Below, piece after piece: positions 9,321 through 19,017 of a DNA stretch of 64,000 nucleotides. A model generated the notes under the pieces. It searched no databases and had not been told where the DNA came from. It saw only the letters and a program-made list of their open reading frames with translations. Position numbers and translations under genes: made by a program. The stretch is from a virus, in the IMG/VR virus record IMGVR_UViG_3300020472_000012, positions 50,374 through 114,373 of that record, one strand, 5' to 3'. How positions within the stretch are numbered: the first letter of the stretch is position 1; every line of letters starts with the position of its first letter.

Positions 9321-9436
9321 ATGAATGTAGATACTAAGACATTGGTATTAAGGGCTGCAAGACCAACTCTCTCATCTAGGGGTTTTGTTCAGTTTGATAA
9401 GGTGGGTTATCAGACTTCTTTAATTCGAGATATATT

Positions 9437-10369
9437 ATGACAGAAGAATTTTTATGGGTAGAGAAGTATCGTCCAAAAACTATTGAGGATTGTGTACTTC
9501 CATCACAAATCAAACAAACCTTTTTTGACTTAAAAGGTGAAATTCCAAATATGATTCTTAGTGGTTCTGCTGGAACTGGTAAGACTACTGTTGCACGAGC
9601 ATTGTGTGAACAAGTTGGTGCAGATTGGATTATCATTAATGGTTCAGAAGAGAGTGGTATTGATGTTCTTAGAACAAAGATTAAAAACTTTGCTTCTACT
9701 GTGTCGTTGGGTGGTGGAAACAAAGTTGTTATTCTCGATGAAGCAGATTATCTAAATCCACAATCAACCCAACCAGCATTGAGAGGATTCATCGAAGAGT
9801 TCCATAAGAACTGTAGATTTATCCTAACATGCAACTTCAAGAACAGAATAATACAACCTTTGCATTCAAGATGCACTGTAATAGACTTTAGAATACCAGC
9901 TAATGAAAGACCAAGACTCGCATCTGTATTCATGGCAAGATTAATGACAATCTTAACTGAGGAAGGTGTGAAGTGGAATACAGAAGTATTACAAGAACTG
10001 GTAATGAAATACTTTCCAGACTTTAGAAGAACTATAAATGAACTACAGAGATATGGAACTAGTGGTGAGATTGATGTAGGTATCTTAACTAATGTCCAAG
10101 AAGAAAGTTTAAAAGAACTAATGTCTCATCTTAAAACCAAAAGGTTTACTGATATGAGACGATGGGTTGCAATGAATGTTGATAACGACCCAGTAATGCT
10201 ATATAGAAAGTTGTATGATAGTTTATATGAAACTGTCGATAAATCAACAATCCCACAAGCAGTTTTAATTATTGCAGATTATAGTTATAAGTCTGCATTT
10301 GTAGCCGACCAAGAAATTAACTTGGTTGCATGTTTAACCGAACTAATGATGGAGTGTAAATTTTCATGA
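9437..10369 (+). CDS. 44: Clamp loader large subunit gp44
   Basis: LWVEKYRP, GSAGTGKT, ILDEAD, SRC motif. Confidence 0.96.
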   Translation: MTEEFLWVEKYRPKTIEDCVLPSQIKQTFFDLKGEIPNMILSGSAGTGKTTVARALCEQVGADWIIINGSEESGIDVLRTKIKNFASTVSLGGGNKVVILDEADYLNPQSTQPALRGFIEEFHKNCRFILTCNFKNRIIQPLHSRCTVIDFRIPANERPRLASVFMARLMTILTEEGVKWNTEVLQELVMKYFPDFRRTINELQRYGTSGEIDVGILTNVQEESLKELMSHLKTKRFTDMRRWVAMNVDNDPVMLYRKLYDSLYETVDKSTIPQAVLIIADYSYKSAFVADQEINLVACLTELMMECKFS

Positions 10370-10534
10370 AACAATTTAAAGAATGGATAAACAGGGACAA
10401 CAACAAATTTACTTTTGTTGGTGCCTTCTGTCTATTGGGTATGACAGTTACATGGGGTGATGGTATGGCTGAGTTTGCAACATTTTCAGCAATATTTGTT
10501 TTTTGTGTAATTAGAAAAGTGCTAAATATATAAT

Positions 10535-10729
10535 ATGGAATACGAACTAGTACATTATATACTTTTAGGTCTCCTTGTTGGACTCGCATATTGGCATGGT
10601 CATAAGACTGGAGTCAATGCTGGTGCAGAAGGAATGTATGAACATTTATATAATAGTGGGACAAGAAAAGAAGATAAGGTTATTGTTGCATTAGAATATG
10701 AAGATAGACATTATAAAAAGGATTTTTAA
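10535..10729 (+). CDS. Small membrane hypothetical protein
   Basis: N-terminal TM segment. Confidence 0.55.
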   Translation: MEYELVHYILLGLLVGLAYWHGHKTGVNAGAEGMYEHLYNSGTRKEDKVIVALEYEDRHYKKDF

Positions 10730-11493
10730 TGGAACAACCAACACTATCAAAAGATTTATTTAGAATCAAACTCAATGTTGGGTTAGACTATAGATTTATT
10801 GCTGATTGGTGTATAGAACATGAACATCATCCATACTTCTCACATGATGAAGATGGGGTTGCAACACCAAATCAATTTAGTGATAATCTAAGGTCATATG
10901 TTAGAGGTTCCAAAGAAGGTATAGATTTTGGTGAAGATGGTGTAGCAGATTTAGAAGAGAAGACTAAAGACATAGAATATTATCATACCTATAATCCATT
11001 TTCATTTGGATTAAGACCATTTGCAGATTTATACTGGAAGTTAAATGAGTTCTTCTATTCAGACCCACAAGTTAACGAGGCTGGTGAACCATATTACATT
11101 CATGGATGGTTTAATGTATATACAAAGAAAGATGAAGACAATAAAGGGTATGACCACATCCCTTGGCACAAACATATGGAAGTTTATCATCCACATATCT
11201 ATCATGGATTTTATTGTGCAAATGTACAACCTTCTCAAACTTGGTACAGAGAGGGCCCAGAATCTACAGAGGAATCGTGGTTAAAACATACAGACTATGA
11301 TGATATGATAATATATTCACCATCATCATTTGAACATGCATCAACGCCATGGCTTGAAGACAAACCTAGAGTGACGATTGCATTTGACATTATTCCAGAG
11401 AGTGTTTATCTCTCAGAACATAATATTGGTAACTATCAATGGGGATTAGAACCAAGACAATATCAATCAATACCATTTCCTAAATGCATATGA
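10729..11493 (+). CDS. 2OG-Fe(II) oxygenase-like protein
   Basis: WFNVY, HxH (WHKH), PSSFEH, RVTIAFDI. Confidence 0.7.
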   Translation: MEQPTLSKDLFRIKLNVGLDYRFIADWCIEHEHHPYFSHDEDGVATPNQFSDNLRSYVRGSKEGIDFGEDGVADLEEKTKDIEYYHTYNPFSFGLRPFADLYWKLNEFFYSDPQVNEAGEPYYIHGWFNVYTKKDEDNKGYDHIPWHKHMEVYHPHIYHGFYCANVQPSQTWYREGPESTEESWLKHTDYDDMIIYSPSSFEHASTPWLEDKPRVTIAFDIIPESVYLSEHNIGNYQWGLEPRQYQSIPFPKCI

Positions 11494-12755
11494 ACTATTT
11501 TCAATACACATTAAATGATTTAGAACACAATTCTGCAAAGAAAGAATTCAATTACATTACCTTCTTTGCTGGTGGTGGTGGAAGTTCTTGTGCATATAAA
11601 CTTGCTGGTGGTGATGTAAGATACATGAATGAGTTTCAACAGATTCATGTAGATACTTACCTTGCAAACTTTCCTAATACAGTTCATGAATGTAAAGATA
11701 TAAAACAAGTCACTGGTAAAGATATTTTAGAAATGACAGGATTACAAAAAGGTGAACTTGATATTATGGATGGTTCTCCACCATGTCCACCATTCTCTAT
11801 GGCTGGAAAGAAAAGAGAAGGTTGGGGTAAAGAGAAAGTTGCATATGGAATGAAACAACAGAACATAGAAGACCTTACTTGGGAAATGATTAGAATCGCA
11901 GAGGAAGTCATGCCCAAAGTTATAGTATGTGAAAATGTGAAAGGTCTTTCTATGGACTATGCAAGAGACCATCTTATTAAGATGATAACAGATTTTGAAA
12001 AACTTGGGTATTCAGTTACATGGAAAATCATGAAGGGTCATGAACATGGAGTACCACAAAAAAGAGAAAGAGTATTCTTAGTTGGTGTTCGTGATGATGT
12101 ATTAGATGCAATAGGAATGCCATTTATGTGTTTAAGTGGATTGTTTCCAGAGACAACTCCAGAAAGAATATCGATTGGAGAAGCAATTGATGACTTAATA
12201 GATGATGAAGAGAATAAGAAGGATGCAGAATATCTAGTTAATTCAATGAATAATTCATCAAAGTCACATTGGATTAATGGATTTGAGACACATCCAGACC
12301 CAGACTATGCACACTGTGGCCCATGTAAAGGGTTAGATGGTGTTGCAGATATGATGGGAAATCGTCCTTACATATCAATAGGTGATGATATTGTTGGGCC
12401 TTGGTTTGAAGAACAAATAGAAAATGGACACTTAAAAGAAGAGGATGCAAAACATTCTTATTATATGTCAAGAATTGTTCCAAAACATCTTCCAGCACAT
12501 TCACTAACTGAACAAGGATGTCAAGAAAAATTTATGGGTGGTAATCACTTCCACTATAGTGGTAAGAGGATATACACACCAAAAGAAATGGTCAGACTTA
12601 TGACATTACCAAATGATTATAAGATGACTGGGGACTATAACGATAAAGGTGCAAGAATAGGTTTAATGGTTGCACCACTATGTTTGTACTACTTAGTAGA
12701 ACAAATAAAGGAACAGGTATTAAAGCCATGGAATTCACTGCACCAAAAGACTTAG
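11484..12755 (+). CDS. dcm: DNA cytosine-C5 methyltransferase
   Basis: Motif I FAGGGG, IV GSPPC, VI ENV, VIII QKRERVF, IX/X RLMTLP...IGL.V. Confidence 0.93.
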   Translation: MHMNYFQYTLNDLEHNSAKKEFNYITFFAGGGGSSCAYKLAGGDVRYMNEFQQIHVDTYLANFPNTVHECKDIKQVTGKDILEMTGLQKGELDIMDGSPPCPPFSMAGKKREGWGKEKVAYGMKQQNIEDLTWEMIRIAEEVMPKVIVCENVKGLSMDYARDHLIKMITDFEKLGYSVTWKIMKGHEHGVPQKRERVFLVGVRDDVLDAIGMPFMCLSGLFPETTPERISIGEAIDDLIDDEENKKDAEYLVNSMNNSSKSHWINGFETHPDPDYAHCGPCKGLDGVADMMGNRPYISIGDDIVGPWFEEQIENGHLKEEDAKHSYYMSRIVPKHLPAHSLTEQGCQEKFMGGNHFHYSGKRIYTPKEMVRLMTLPNDYKMTGDYNDKGARIGLMVAPLCLYYLVEQIKEQVLKPWNSLHQKT

Positions 12756-13729
12756 GTTTTGACGAAACCTTTGAACGATTTAATGGGAAGTTCCTAGATG
12801 AAACTTCTTATGATACTGTTGTATCTTCTATTGGAGTAGAAGAAGATATTATCAAAATCTACAAACCAACTGGTTCATTGTTTGATAAACCATTACTTGC
12901 ATGTATAGTAAAGAATACCTATCAAGGTGACACTTACCATCAAGTTAAAGACACTTTGTATTCTATAGATGATACTTCTACCATGAGAGCAAACGCTGCC
13001 GGCCCTATCGACCACGAAGAAATGAAAGCAAAAGGATTGATAGAAGGTAAAGATTATGTTCTAAGAACACCAAATTCATATTATCCATTAAAGAAGAATG
13101 GTGAATTCAATCGTATTGCAGAAGCAAATGCAATTCATTCTGTCTTTGCTGGATATAAGAGAGGTAGATTTACTGGTATGATAGGATTATCAAACTGGTG
13201 TGAAAAGAAATCTAATATAGATAAATGGAATACAATGAAAAAGATTGCAGTTGTTAACGAACAAGCACTTAAGAAAGGTTGTCCAGATATCTGGAAACTA
13301 CAAAGAACATATGCAGATGAATGTATAGAAGAGAAGTATCATTTAGGTGGTGCTCCAATTACTACATTATCTGCAAACAAATATACCAGTGAAGGGACTG
13401 CAAAGATGTCTGCACATATTGATGGTAAAGACCTAGAGTTTGGTATGACTACAATGTGTGTATTCAGATTAGGTAACTTTGGTGGTGCATATCTAACATT
13501 CCCAAGATATGGAATTGCAATTGAGGCTGATGATGGGGATGTATTGATTGCAGATTCAAACGAATTACATGGAGTCACCAAGATAGAAGGTGATGGAATA
13601 AGATTATCGTGTGTTGCATACTGTTCAACTGATGTTGCTACTAAAGGACAAGGTGGTAAATCAGAGAAGGCAATAGGACAACATGCAAGTAAGTATCAAG
13701 AAAAAGGTAGTCTTGACTCATTCTTATGA
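12728..13729 (+). CDS. TET/JBP-family 5-methylpyrimidine dioxygenase
   Basis: TTLSAN, HxD (AHIDGKD), GGAYLTFP, GDVLIAD.NELHG, RLSCVAY; adjacent to the C5-MTase. Confidence 0.85.
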   Translation: MEFTAPKDLGFDETFERFNGKFLDETSYDTVVSSIGVEEDIIKIYKPTGSLFDKPLLACIVKNTYQGDTYHQVKDTLYSIDDTSTMRANAAGPIDHEEMKAKGLIEGKDYVLRTPNSYYPLKKNGEFNRIAEANAIHSVFAGYKRGRFTGMIGLSNWCEKKSNIDKWNTMKKIAVVNEQALKKGCPDIWKLQRTYADECIEEKYHLGGAPITTLSANKYTSEGTAKMSAHIDGKDLEFGMTTMCVFRLGNFGGAYLTFPRYGIAIEADDGDVLIADSNELHGVTKIEGDGIRLSCVAYCSTDVATKGQGGKSEKAIGQHASKYQEKGSLDSFL

Positions 13730-13890
13730 AGAAGATTTGGACTATATGGAAGTATGCAATAGGTAGTTTTTCAGATGAGAAAACAGAAGACTACGATAAC
13801 CATGTTGCAATAATAAGAACATTTGTTGTTGGTATTAATGTGATATGTGCATTTTTTATTATGGCAAACATAATACACAATTGGTGATTA

Positions 13891-14685
13891 ATGGATAGAT
13901 TATACATTCCAACATATGACAGAGTTGGTAAACAACTTGCATTTGATAGTCTTCCAAATAAATGGAAGGACAAAGCAATATTAGTTGTACATCCAGACGA
14001 AGTACATGAGGGTTATCCTACATTATCATGTCCAGTTCAAGGGACTGGTATTGCACCAGTTAGAGAATGGATTGCACAACATGGTCAAGGAACTAGATAT
14101 GGTGTCATAGATGATGACATAGAATTTGTATATACTAGAAAAGAAGACGAAGAAGGCCCAAGTAATATCAAACTAGATGATAACATGTTTGACTCTATGA
14201 TTAATATCTTCAATGACTGGATGGATATGGGGTATATGCACTGTGGAGCAGATGCATCTTGGAATCCACCTACAAGAGATAAAGACCACAAAGAGTGTGG
14301 TAGAATATGTGGTAATGTATTCTATGATGGAGAAAGACTACCAGTTGATGATATAGACTGGACTGGATTACCAATTGCAGAAGACTATTATGTCACCTTA
14401 CAGTTATTAACTATGGGGTTTCCTAATATGATATCTTATAGGGCTAGAGTTAATCCAAATGAAACCCAAGCAAAAGGTGGTTGTTCCACCTTTAGAAGTT
14501 TAGAGATTCATAATGAATCTATGAGAGAATTACAGAGAAGGTTCCCACAATTTGTAAAACTAAGAGAAAAGATTGCAAAGAATAGTGGAGAATGGTCTAA
14601 TAAAGTGAAACTGGCTGCAACCATTTCATGGAAAGAGGCATATAAGTCTTCTCAAGTATCGACAATAACAGATTTTATGGTATAA
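13891..14685 (+). CDS. TET-associated (GREB1/TAGT-like) GT-A glycosyltransferase
   Basis: IPTYDR, GIAPVREWI, IDDD, EDYYVTLQLL, GGCS. Confidence 0.8.
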   Translation: MDRLYIPTYDRVGKQLAFDSLPNKWKDKAILVVHPDEVHEGYPTLSCPVQGTGIAPVREWIAQHGQGTRYGVIDDDIEFVYTRKEDEEGPSNIKLDDNMFDSMINIFNDWMDMGYMHCGADASWNPPTRDKDHKECGRICGNVFYDGERLPVDDIDWTGLPIAEDYYVTLQLLTMGFPNMISYRARVNPNETQAKGGCSTFRSLEIHNESMRELQRRFPQFVKLREKIAKNSGEWSNKVKLAATISWKEAYKSSQVSTITDFMV

Positions 14686-14686
14686 T
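14659..14686 (+). promoter_or_regulatory. Class II promoter
   Basis: TCGACA-N16-TATAAT with TG extension; ATG at 14693. Confidence 0.6.
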
Positions 14687-14692
14687 ATTAAT

Positions 14693-14872
14693 ATGAGTGA
14701 AAATATAATAGAAATAATTAGAATGTTCCGAACTCTGGAAACAGAAGATATGGATGTAGTCCTATCTGCACTGAAAGAGATTAAAGACAAGAGGGATGGT
14801 GAAATTACTGTGTCGTCTAAGTCTAATCGAAATGAGTTTGGAGTACCATTTATAGTGCCACCAAAAGAATGA
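14693..14872 (+). CDS. Small hypothetical protein (59 aa)
   Basis: Read by hand; ATGA overlap with gp62. Confidence 0.5.
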   Translation: MSENIIEIIRMFRTLETEDMDVVLSALKEIKDKRDGEITVSSKSNRNEFGVPFIVPPKE

Positions 14873-15246
14873 ACCCTTTCGACTTTGTTAATTCAGTAAC
14901 ATTTACAAAGGAAGATATCATGGTAGATGATATCTCAGAGAAAGAATACGCTCCTTATATCACAAATAGGACATTATCCTACCATCAAGATTGCATACTC
15001 TATGCTAACGAAATGAATCGTAGACACCACCTAAATAGTCGTCTTCAATTTCATTATTTCCTAAATACTCTTAGAAAAAGAAAAAGGTTTGCTAAATGGG
15101 CAAAACCGAATGTCTTGGACGATATGAAAGTCATCCAAGAGTATTATGGAGTCTCAAAATCTAAAGCGGAAGATTATATGAAACTTCTTTCTGCAAAAGA
15201 AATTGAGGAATTGAAAAACAGAATGAAAAAAGGTGGGAGACAATAA
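14869..15246 (+). CDS. 62: Clamp loader small subunit gp62
   Basis: PFDFVNS, Y.PYI.NR.LS, ANEMN, RKRKRFAKW. Confidence 0.92.
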   Translation: MNPFDFVNSVTFTKEDIMVDDISEKEYAPYITNRTLSYHQDCILYANEMNRRHHLNSRLQFHYFLNTLRKRKRFAKWAKPNVLDDMKVIQEYYGVSKSKAEDYMKLLSAKEIEELKNRMKKGGRQ

Positions 15247-15249
15247 ACA

Positions 15250-15648
15250 ATGAGCTACGACCTCTCCGATATGGTAGAGGTAGAGTTGAAAGAATCCGAT
15301 GACTTTCTAAAGGTCAAAGAGACGCTGACACGAATTGGTGTGGCATCTCGTAAAGAAAAGATACTCTATCAATCGTGTCATATCTTACATAAACGAGGAA
15401 GATACTATCTTGTACACTTCAAAGAACTCTTTGCATTAGATGGAAAAGAGTCTTCTATAGTGGAATCAGATATTGGAAGACGAAATGCAATTGCCAGACT
15501 TCTTGAAGAATGGGGATTGATTAAAATCATTTCCAACAATGCTGAAACACCACTTGCACCAATGAGTCAGATTAAGGTTTTACCCTATAAAGAAAAAACA
15601 GAGTGGGAACTTATTCCGAAATACAACATTGGTGTGGTGAGTAAATGA
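15250..15648 (+). CDS. regA: Translational repressor RegA
   Basis: DFLKVKETLTRIG, LYQSCHILHK, VHFKELF. Confidence 0.96.
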   Translation: MSYDLSDMVEVELKESDDFLKVKETLTRIGVASRKEKILYQSCHILHKRGRYYLVHFKELFALDGKESSIVESDIGRRNAIARLLEEWGLIKIISNNAETPLAPMSQIKVLPYKEKTEWELIPKYNIGVVSK

Positions 15649-16514
15649 ATGAACAAGTAAGAGTCATCAAGTTTACTGGAAAGAACAAAAACAAAGACAA
15701 TGTTCCCAACATGGAGTTAAGGAACAGAGTCATGAGTAAAGTTTTTAACAGAACAGAAAAAGAAAGAAGAATTCTATTTGCAAAGTGTGCTCAAGCTGCA
15801 TACTGGAATAAAGCAGATGGAAAAGAATTTGGTAAACAGTTTGGATGGAAAGCACATCAGTATATCGATATTGAAGGTGCTCAAGTTCATATTTGGCATG
15901 ATGCAGAAGACTTAATCATTGCAGCGAGAGGTACAGAACCTACTCAGATGAATGATATCTATGCAGATTTAGAAATATTCAAATCCGACTCATTCACTGG
16001 AGTTGGTCAAATCCATCAAGGATTTAGAGAAGAAGTAGATAAAGTTTGGGACTCAATTCTTTCCAGAGTAGAAAAGTATGGAAGGAAAGGTAGAGTTGCA
16101 AAGAAAATTTGGGTAACAGGACACTCGCTCGGTGGTGCAATGGCAACACTTATTGCATCTCGTCTTGAGTATGTGAATAAATATGATGTAGATACACTCT
16201 ACACTTATGGTTCACCTAGAGCGGGTGGCCCTAAGTTTGCCAAATGGTGCAATACTCATTTGAACCACCAAAGGTTTGTAAACAACAATGATGTTGTACC
16301 TTGTGTTCCTTCTGTATTCAGATGGAGACACAATGGAAGATGCAAGTACATCAAGTCTGATGGAACAGTAACAGACTTAGGAAGATGGTCGATGGAAAGA
16401 ATCAAGGACAAAGGGTGGGGACTATTAACAACAATAATAAAAGGAAGATTAGACTTTGTTGCAGACCATAATATAGTTGACTATATTAAACATCTGGAAA
16501 AGGATAATGCATGA
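15645..16514 (+). CDS. Class 3 lipase
   Basis: RGTE, HQGF, TGHSLGGA nucleophile, YGSPR, DVVP, C-terminal His. Confidence 0.88.
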   Translation: MNEQVRVIKFTGKNKNKDNVPNMELRNRVMSKVFNRTEKERRILFAKCAQAAYWNKADGKEFGKQFGWKAHQYIDIEGAQVHIWHDAEDLIIAARGTEPTQMNDIYADLEIFKSDSFTGVGQIHQGFREEVDKVWDSILSRVEKYGRKGRVAKKIWVTGHSLGGAMATLIASRLEYVNKYDVDTLYTYGSPRAGGPKFAKWCNTHLNHQRFVNNNDVVPCVPSVFRWRHNGRCKYIKSDGTVTDLGRWSMERIKDKGWGLLTTIIKGRLDFVADHNIVDYIKHLEKDNA

Positions 16515-16517
16515 TAA

Positions 16518-16892
16518 ATGAAGTGGTTATTGACAGTTTTATTTTTTATGTCAGCTGCGGGCTCGTGTGATGCAGCCATAAAAGAGTGGACTGAAAAAGA
16601 AAGAAAACTCTATCATTCATACCTAACATTATCAGCAATCGACACATATCAAACATTTAAAATGATTGATTGTCAGAAACAACCATCTTGTCCTTTTGTA
16701 GAAATGAATCCTATAATAGGCAGTCATCCATCTAAAGAAAGATTATTGGCTGTTAAGTTTATAGGTAATGCAGTAATCTATAAACTGTTAGACAACAATG
16801 CTAACGACAGAGAATTTGCATTAAAGTTAATGAATGGTCTACAAGGATTCGTAGTAACTCACAATGGTATTTACTACATGAGAAGGTTTTAA
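16518..16892 (+). CDS. Hypothetical exported/membrane protein
   Basis: Signal peptide, D..QT...EMNP motif. Confidence 0.6.
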   Translation: MKWLLTVLFFMSAAGSCDAAIKEWTEKERKLYHSYLTLSAIDTYQTFKMIDCQKQPSCPFVEMNPIIGSHPSKERLLAVKFIGNAVIYKLLDNNANDREFALKLMNGLQGFVVTHNGIYYMRRF

Positions 16893-17159
16893 ATGTATAC
16901 ATTATTAATACTAACACTTAAATCAATCCTATCATCAGTTATAGGAAGTTCTTTCTATAGGTGGTTTCAAACAACAAATTTTGGTATATGGTTCCAAGTT
17001 AAACTCGAACAATTCATGTCTTATTTGTCCGATAAATATGATATAGAACTTGCAAAAAAAGAAGCAAAGTGGAGACAGGATTATCCATTACTTTCTGCAA
17101 GAATTGATAAGATGGATAAACGAATTAAGGAACTAGAAAATGGCAAAAAAACCAGTTGA
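16893..17159 (+). CDS. Hypothetical protein
   Basis: ORF with hydrophobic N-terminus and coiled-coil C-terminus. Confidence 0.6.
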   Translation: MYTLLILTLKSILSSVIGSSFYRWFQTTNFGIWFQVKLEQFMSYLSDKYDIELAKKEAKWRQDYPLLSARIDKMDKRIKELENGKKTS

Positions 17160-18144
17160 CCACTTCAACACTGGGATGTGGACATCCCCTTGGCAACAAG
17201 TAAAATCTCTTTGGAACATATCAACCTCACGAACAAGACCAGACTACAGTCTGGAAGTATTTGGTGATGTTGCATCACAATTCTTTGGTGTTGGTGCATT
17301 AGAAAGTAGAAAGTTAGTATACAAATGGGCAACTAATCCAGAAACAAGACCTATAACAGATGGACATTGGTTACACTCAGAACTATTATGTGACCCAGAT
17401 TTCCTACAATCTTGTCCAGAAGGTTCTCTAGGACATGGGTATATGCAGTTTATGGAGTTCTGGCAACCCATCTATGCAAAGGAAGGAGTTGAAGGTGCAT
17501 ATGGTAAGCCTTGGTATAGTGCAAGACACTTTGCAGATGTATCCCACAATCAAGTTAAGAAACGCAAACAAAACAAATTCAGTCCAGACCTTTCAAAACA
17601 TATTGCAAAAAAAGAACTAAACTACTATCTTAGTAACCCTAGAGTACATCCAGATATGAAAAGGGATGTAGAAAATCTAGGAATGTCAAAGGCTTTGAGA
17701 ATCAGAGTTGGAGATAGACTGATGGGGATGCATGACATGTATCATATTTTACTAGGATTTGGTAGAGACCAATTAGGTGAAATGTTAATTCTATGTTGGA
17801 ATGCAGTGCATTCTGGATATACTGGATTACATGTAATCACTTGGTTAACTGCATTTAGAGAATCAATTAAACATAGAACATGGGAACCTCTTAGAATGAG
17901 AACCGAAGCATATGAAAATGCAAAAAAATCTAAGAACTTATTAGAAGTAAACTATGAAGAAGCACTTCTAACAGACCTAACAAAGTTAAGAAGAAAGTTG
18001 GGTATTAAGATGAATAAGTCCTATCAAAAATTTACTGGTGTAAGACATTATAATACTATTCCATCTAAACAATATAAGATGGAGAGTTGGGAAGAAGGAA
18101 CTAGACTATATCAGTGTAGTCAAGAGGGCGATTCGTATAAATAA
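17140..18144 (+). CDS. Coq4-like protein (second copy)
   Basis: PEGSLGHGY and HDMYH-x11-E. Confidence 0.7.
   Translation: MAKKPVDHFNTGMWTSPWQQVKSLWNISTSRTRPDYSLEVFGDVASQFFGVGALESRKLVYKWATNPETRPITDGHWLHSELLCDPDFLQSCPEGSLGHGYMQFMEFWQPIYAKEGVEGAYGKPWYSARHFADVSHNQVKKRKQNKFSPDLSKHIAKKELNYYLSNPRVHPDMKRDVENLGMSKALRIRVGDRLMGMHDMYHILLGFGRDQLGEMLILCWNAVHSGYTGLHVITWLTAFRESIKHRTWEPLRMRTEAYENAKKSKNLLEVNYEEALLTDLTKLRRKLGIKMNKSYQKFTGVRHYNTIPSKQYKMESWEEGTRLYQCSQEGDSYK
18136..18143 (+). promoter_or_regulatory. T4-type late promoter
   Basis: TATAAATA. Confidence 0.6.
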
Positions 18145-18152
18145 TACTTACG

Positions 18153-18392
18153 ATGCCAGTAAAGTATAAAACAGCACATAGAACGATAGATAGGATGACC
18201 AAAAGAGAGGTCATGAACTATTATCATATGAAGTGCCAGAGTTTGAATGAGTTGTTGAAATGTTTTAATGATGAAAACACAAAACCAAAACTCAGACAAA
18301 AAGTGAAGAATGAATTAGTGAGAAGACAAAAAATTGGTCTTATCAGATTACAGATGAGAAACAGTGAAGGCGTCGTCTCTGAGTTCAAATAA
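18153..18392 (+). CDS. Small basic hypothetical protein
   Basis: ORF directly after a late promoter. Confidence 0.65.
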   Translation: MPVKYKTAHRTIDRMTKREVMNYYHMKCQSLNELLKCFNDENTKPKLRQKVKNELVRRQKIGLIRLQMRNSEGVVSEFK

Positions 18393-18405
18393 TCGAGGTA
18401 GATAT

Positions 18406-18564
18406 ATGGACTGGTTAAAAAGCAGATTGTCAGAAGCTTCCACTTTAGATGGTGGAGTTATCTTGGCATTATCACTTGGTATCCTGTTCTTAGGCCCAAT
18501 CCTTAAATACTTAGCATATGCTGGAGTATTATATGGTGGTTGGAAAATGCTTAAGAAAGGGTAA
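18406..18564 (+). CDS. Small membrane protein
   Basis: GAGG RBS, two short TM segments. Confidence 0.6.
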   Translation: MDWLKSRLSEASTLDGGVILALSLGILFLGPILKYLAYAGVLYGGWKMLKKG

Positions 18565-18601
18565 CCCAATGCTCTAAACGAGAGAAGAATCGTAACGAAA
18601 G

Positions 18602-18626
18602 ACCCACCTATAAGGTGGGTTTTTTT
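18602..18626 (+). terminator. Rho-independent terminator
   Basis: ACCCACC-TATAA-GGTGGGT followed by a T run. Confidence 0.85.
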
Positions 18627-18633
18627 ATAAATA
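18626..18633 (+). promoter_or_regulatory. T4-type late promoter
   Basis: TATAAATA overlapping the terminator T tract. Confidence 0.6.
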
Positions 18634-18643
18634 TCTCATGTAG

Positions 18644-18973
18644 ATGAACATCGAACTTACCGATAAAGCAATCCAAAAACTTATGGAAAAGACCTGTGAT
18701 ATGGGACTTTCGCATGCTGTACGCATCGGTATTACTGGTGGTGGATGTGGTGGATTTGAATATATATTCGATTTTTTAGAACACCAACCAGCAAAGGATG
18801 ATGATATTGTATTAGATTATGGAAAGTTTTTTATACATATTGACCCTGTATCTGCACCTTATCTAGATGGTCTTACTCTAGACCATACACGAAATGGACT
18901 TAATGAAGGATTCGAGTTTTTTAATCCAAATGTGAAAAACACATGTGGATGTGGCGTTTCTGTCACATTCTAA
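18644..18973 (+). CDS. iscA: Fe-S cluster assembly A-type carrier (IscA/SufA)
   Basis: GGGCGG, NPN..TCGCGVS. Confidence 0.92.
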   Translation: MNIELTDKAIQKLMEKTCDMGLSHAVRIGITGGGCGGFEYIFDFLEHQPAKDDDIVLDYGKFFIHIDPVSAPYLDGLTLDHTRNGLNEGFEFFNPNVKNTCGCGVSVTF

Positions 18974-18984
18974 GACCCCTTTTG

Positions 18985-18992
18985 TATAAATA
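18985..18992 (+). promoter_or_regulatory. T4-type late promoter of the curli-like operon
   Basis: TATAAATA followed by an AAGGAG RBS. Confidence 0.7.
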
Positions 18993-19017
18993 CTAATGAT
19001 ATATTGAAGGAGAGATT

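Noticed and set aside
10366-10532. Small ORF beginning MKQFKEWIN, resembling a capsid-targeting sequence
   Set aside because: It is a hydrophobic membrane peptide in the replication module with no Glu cleavage site; likely coincidence
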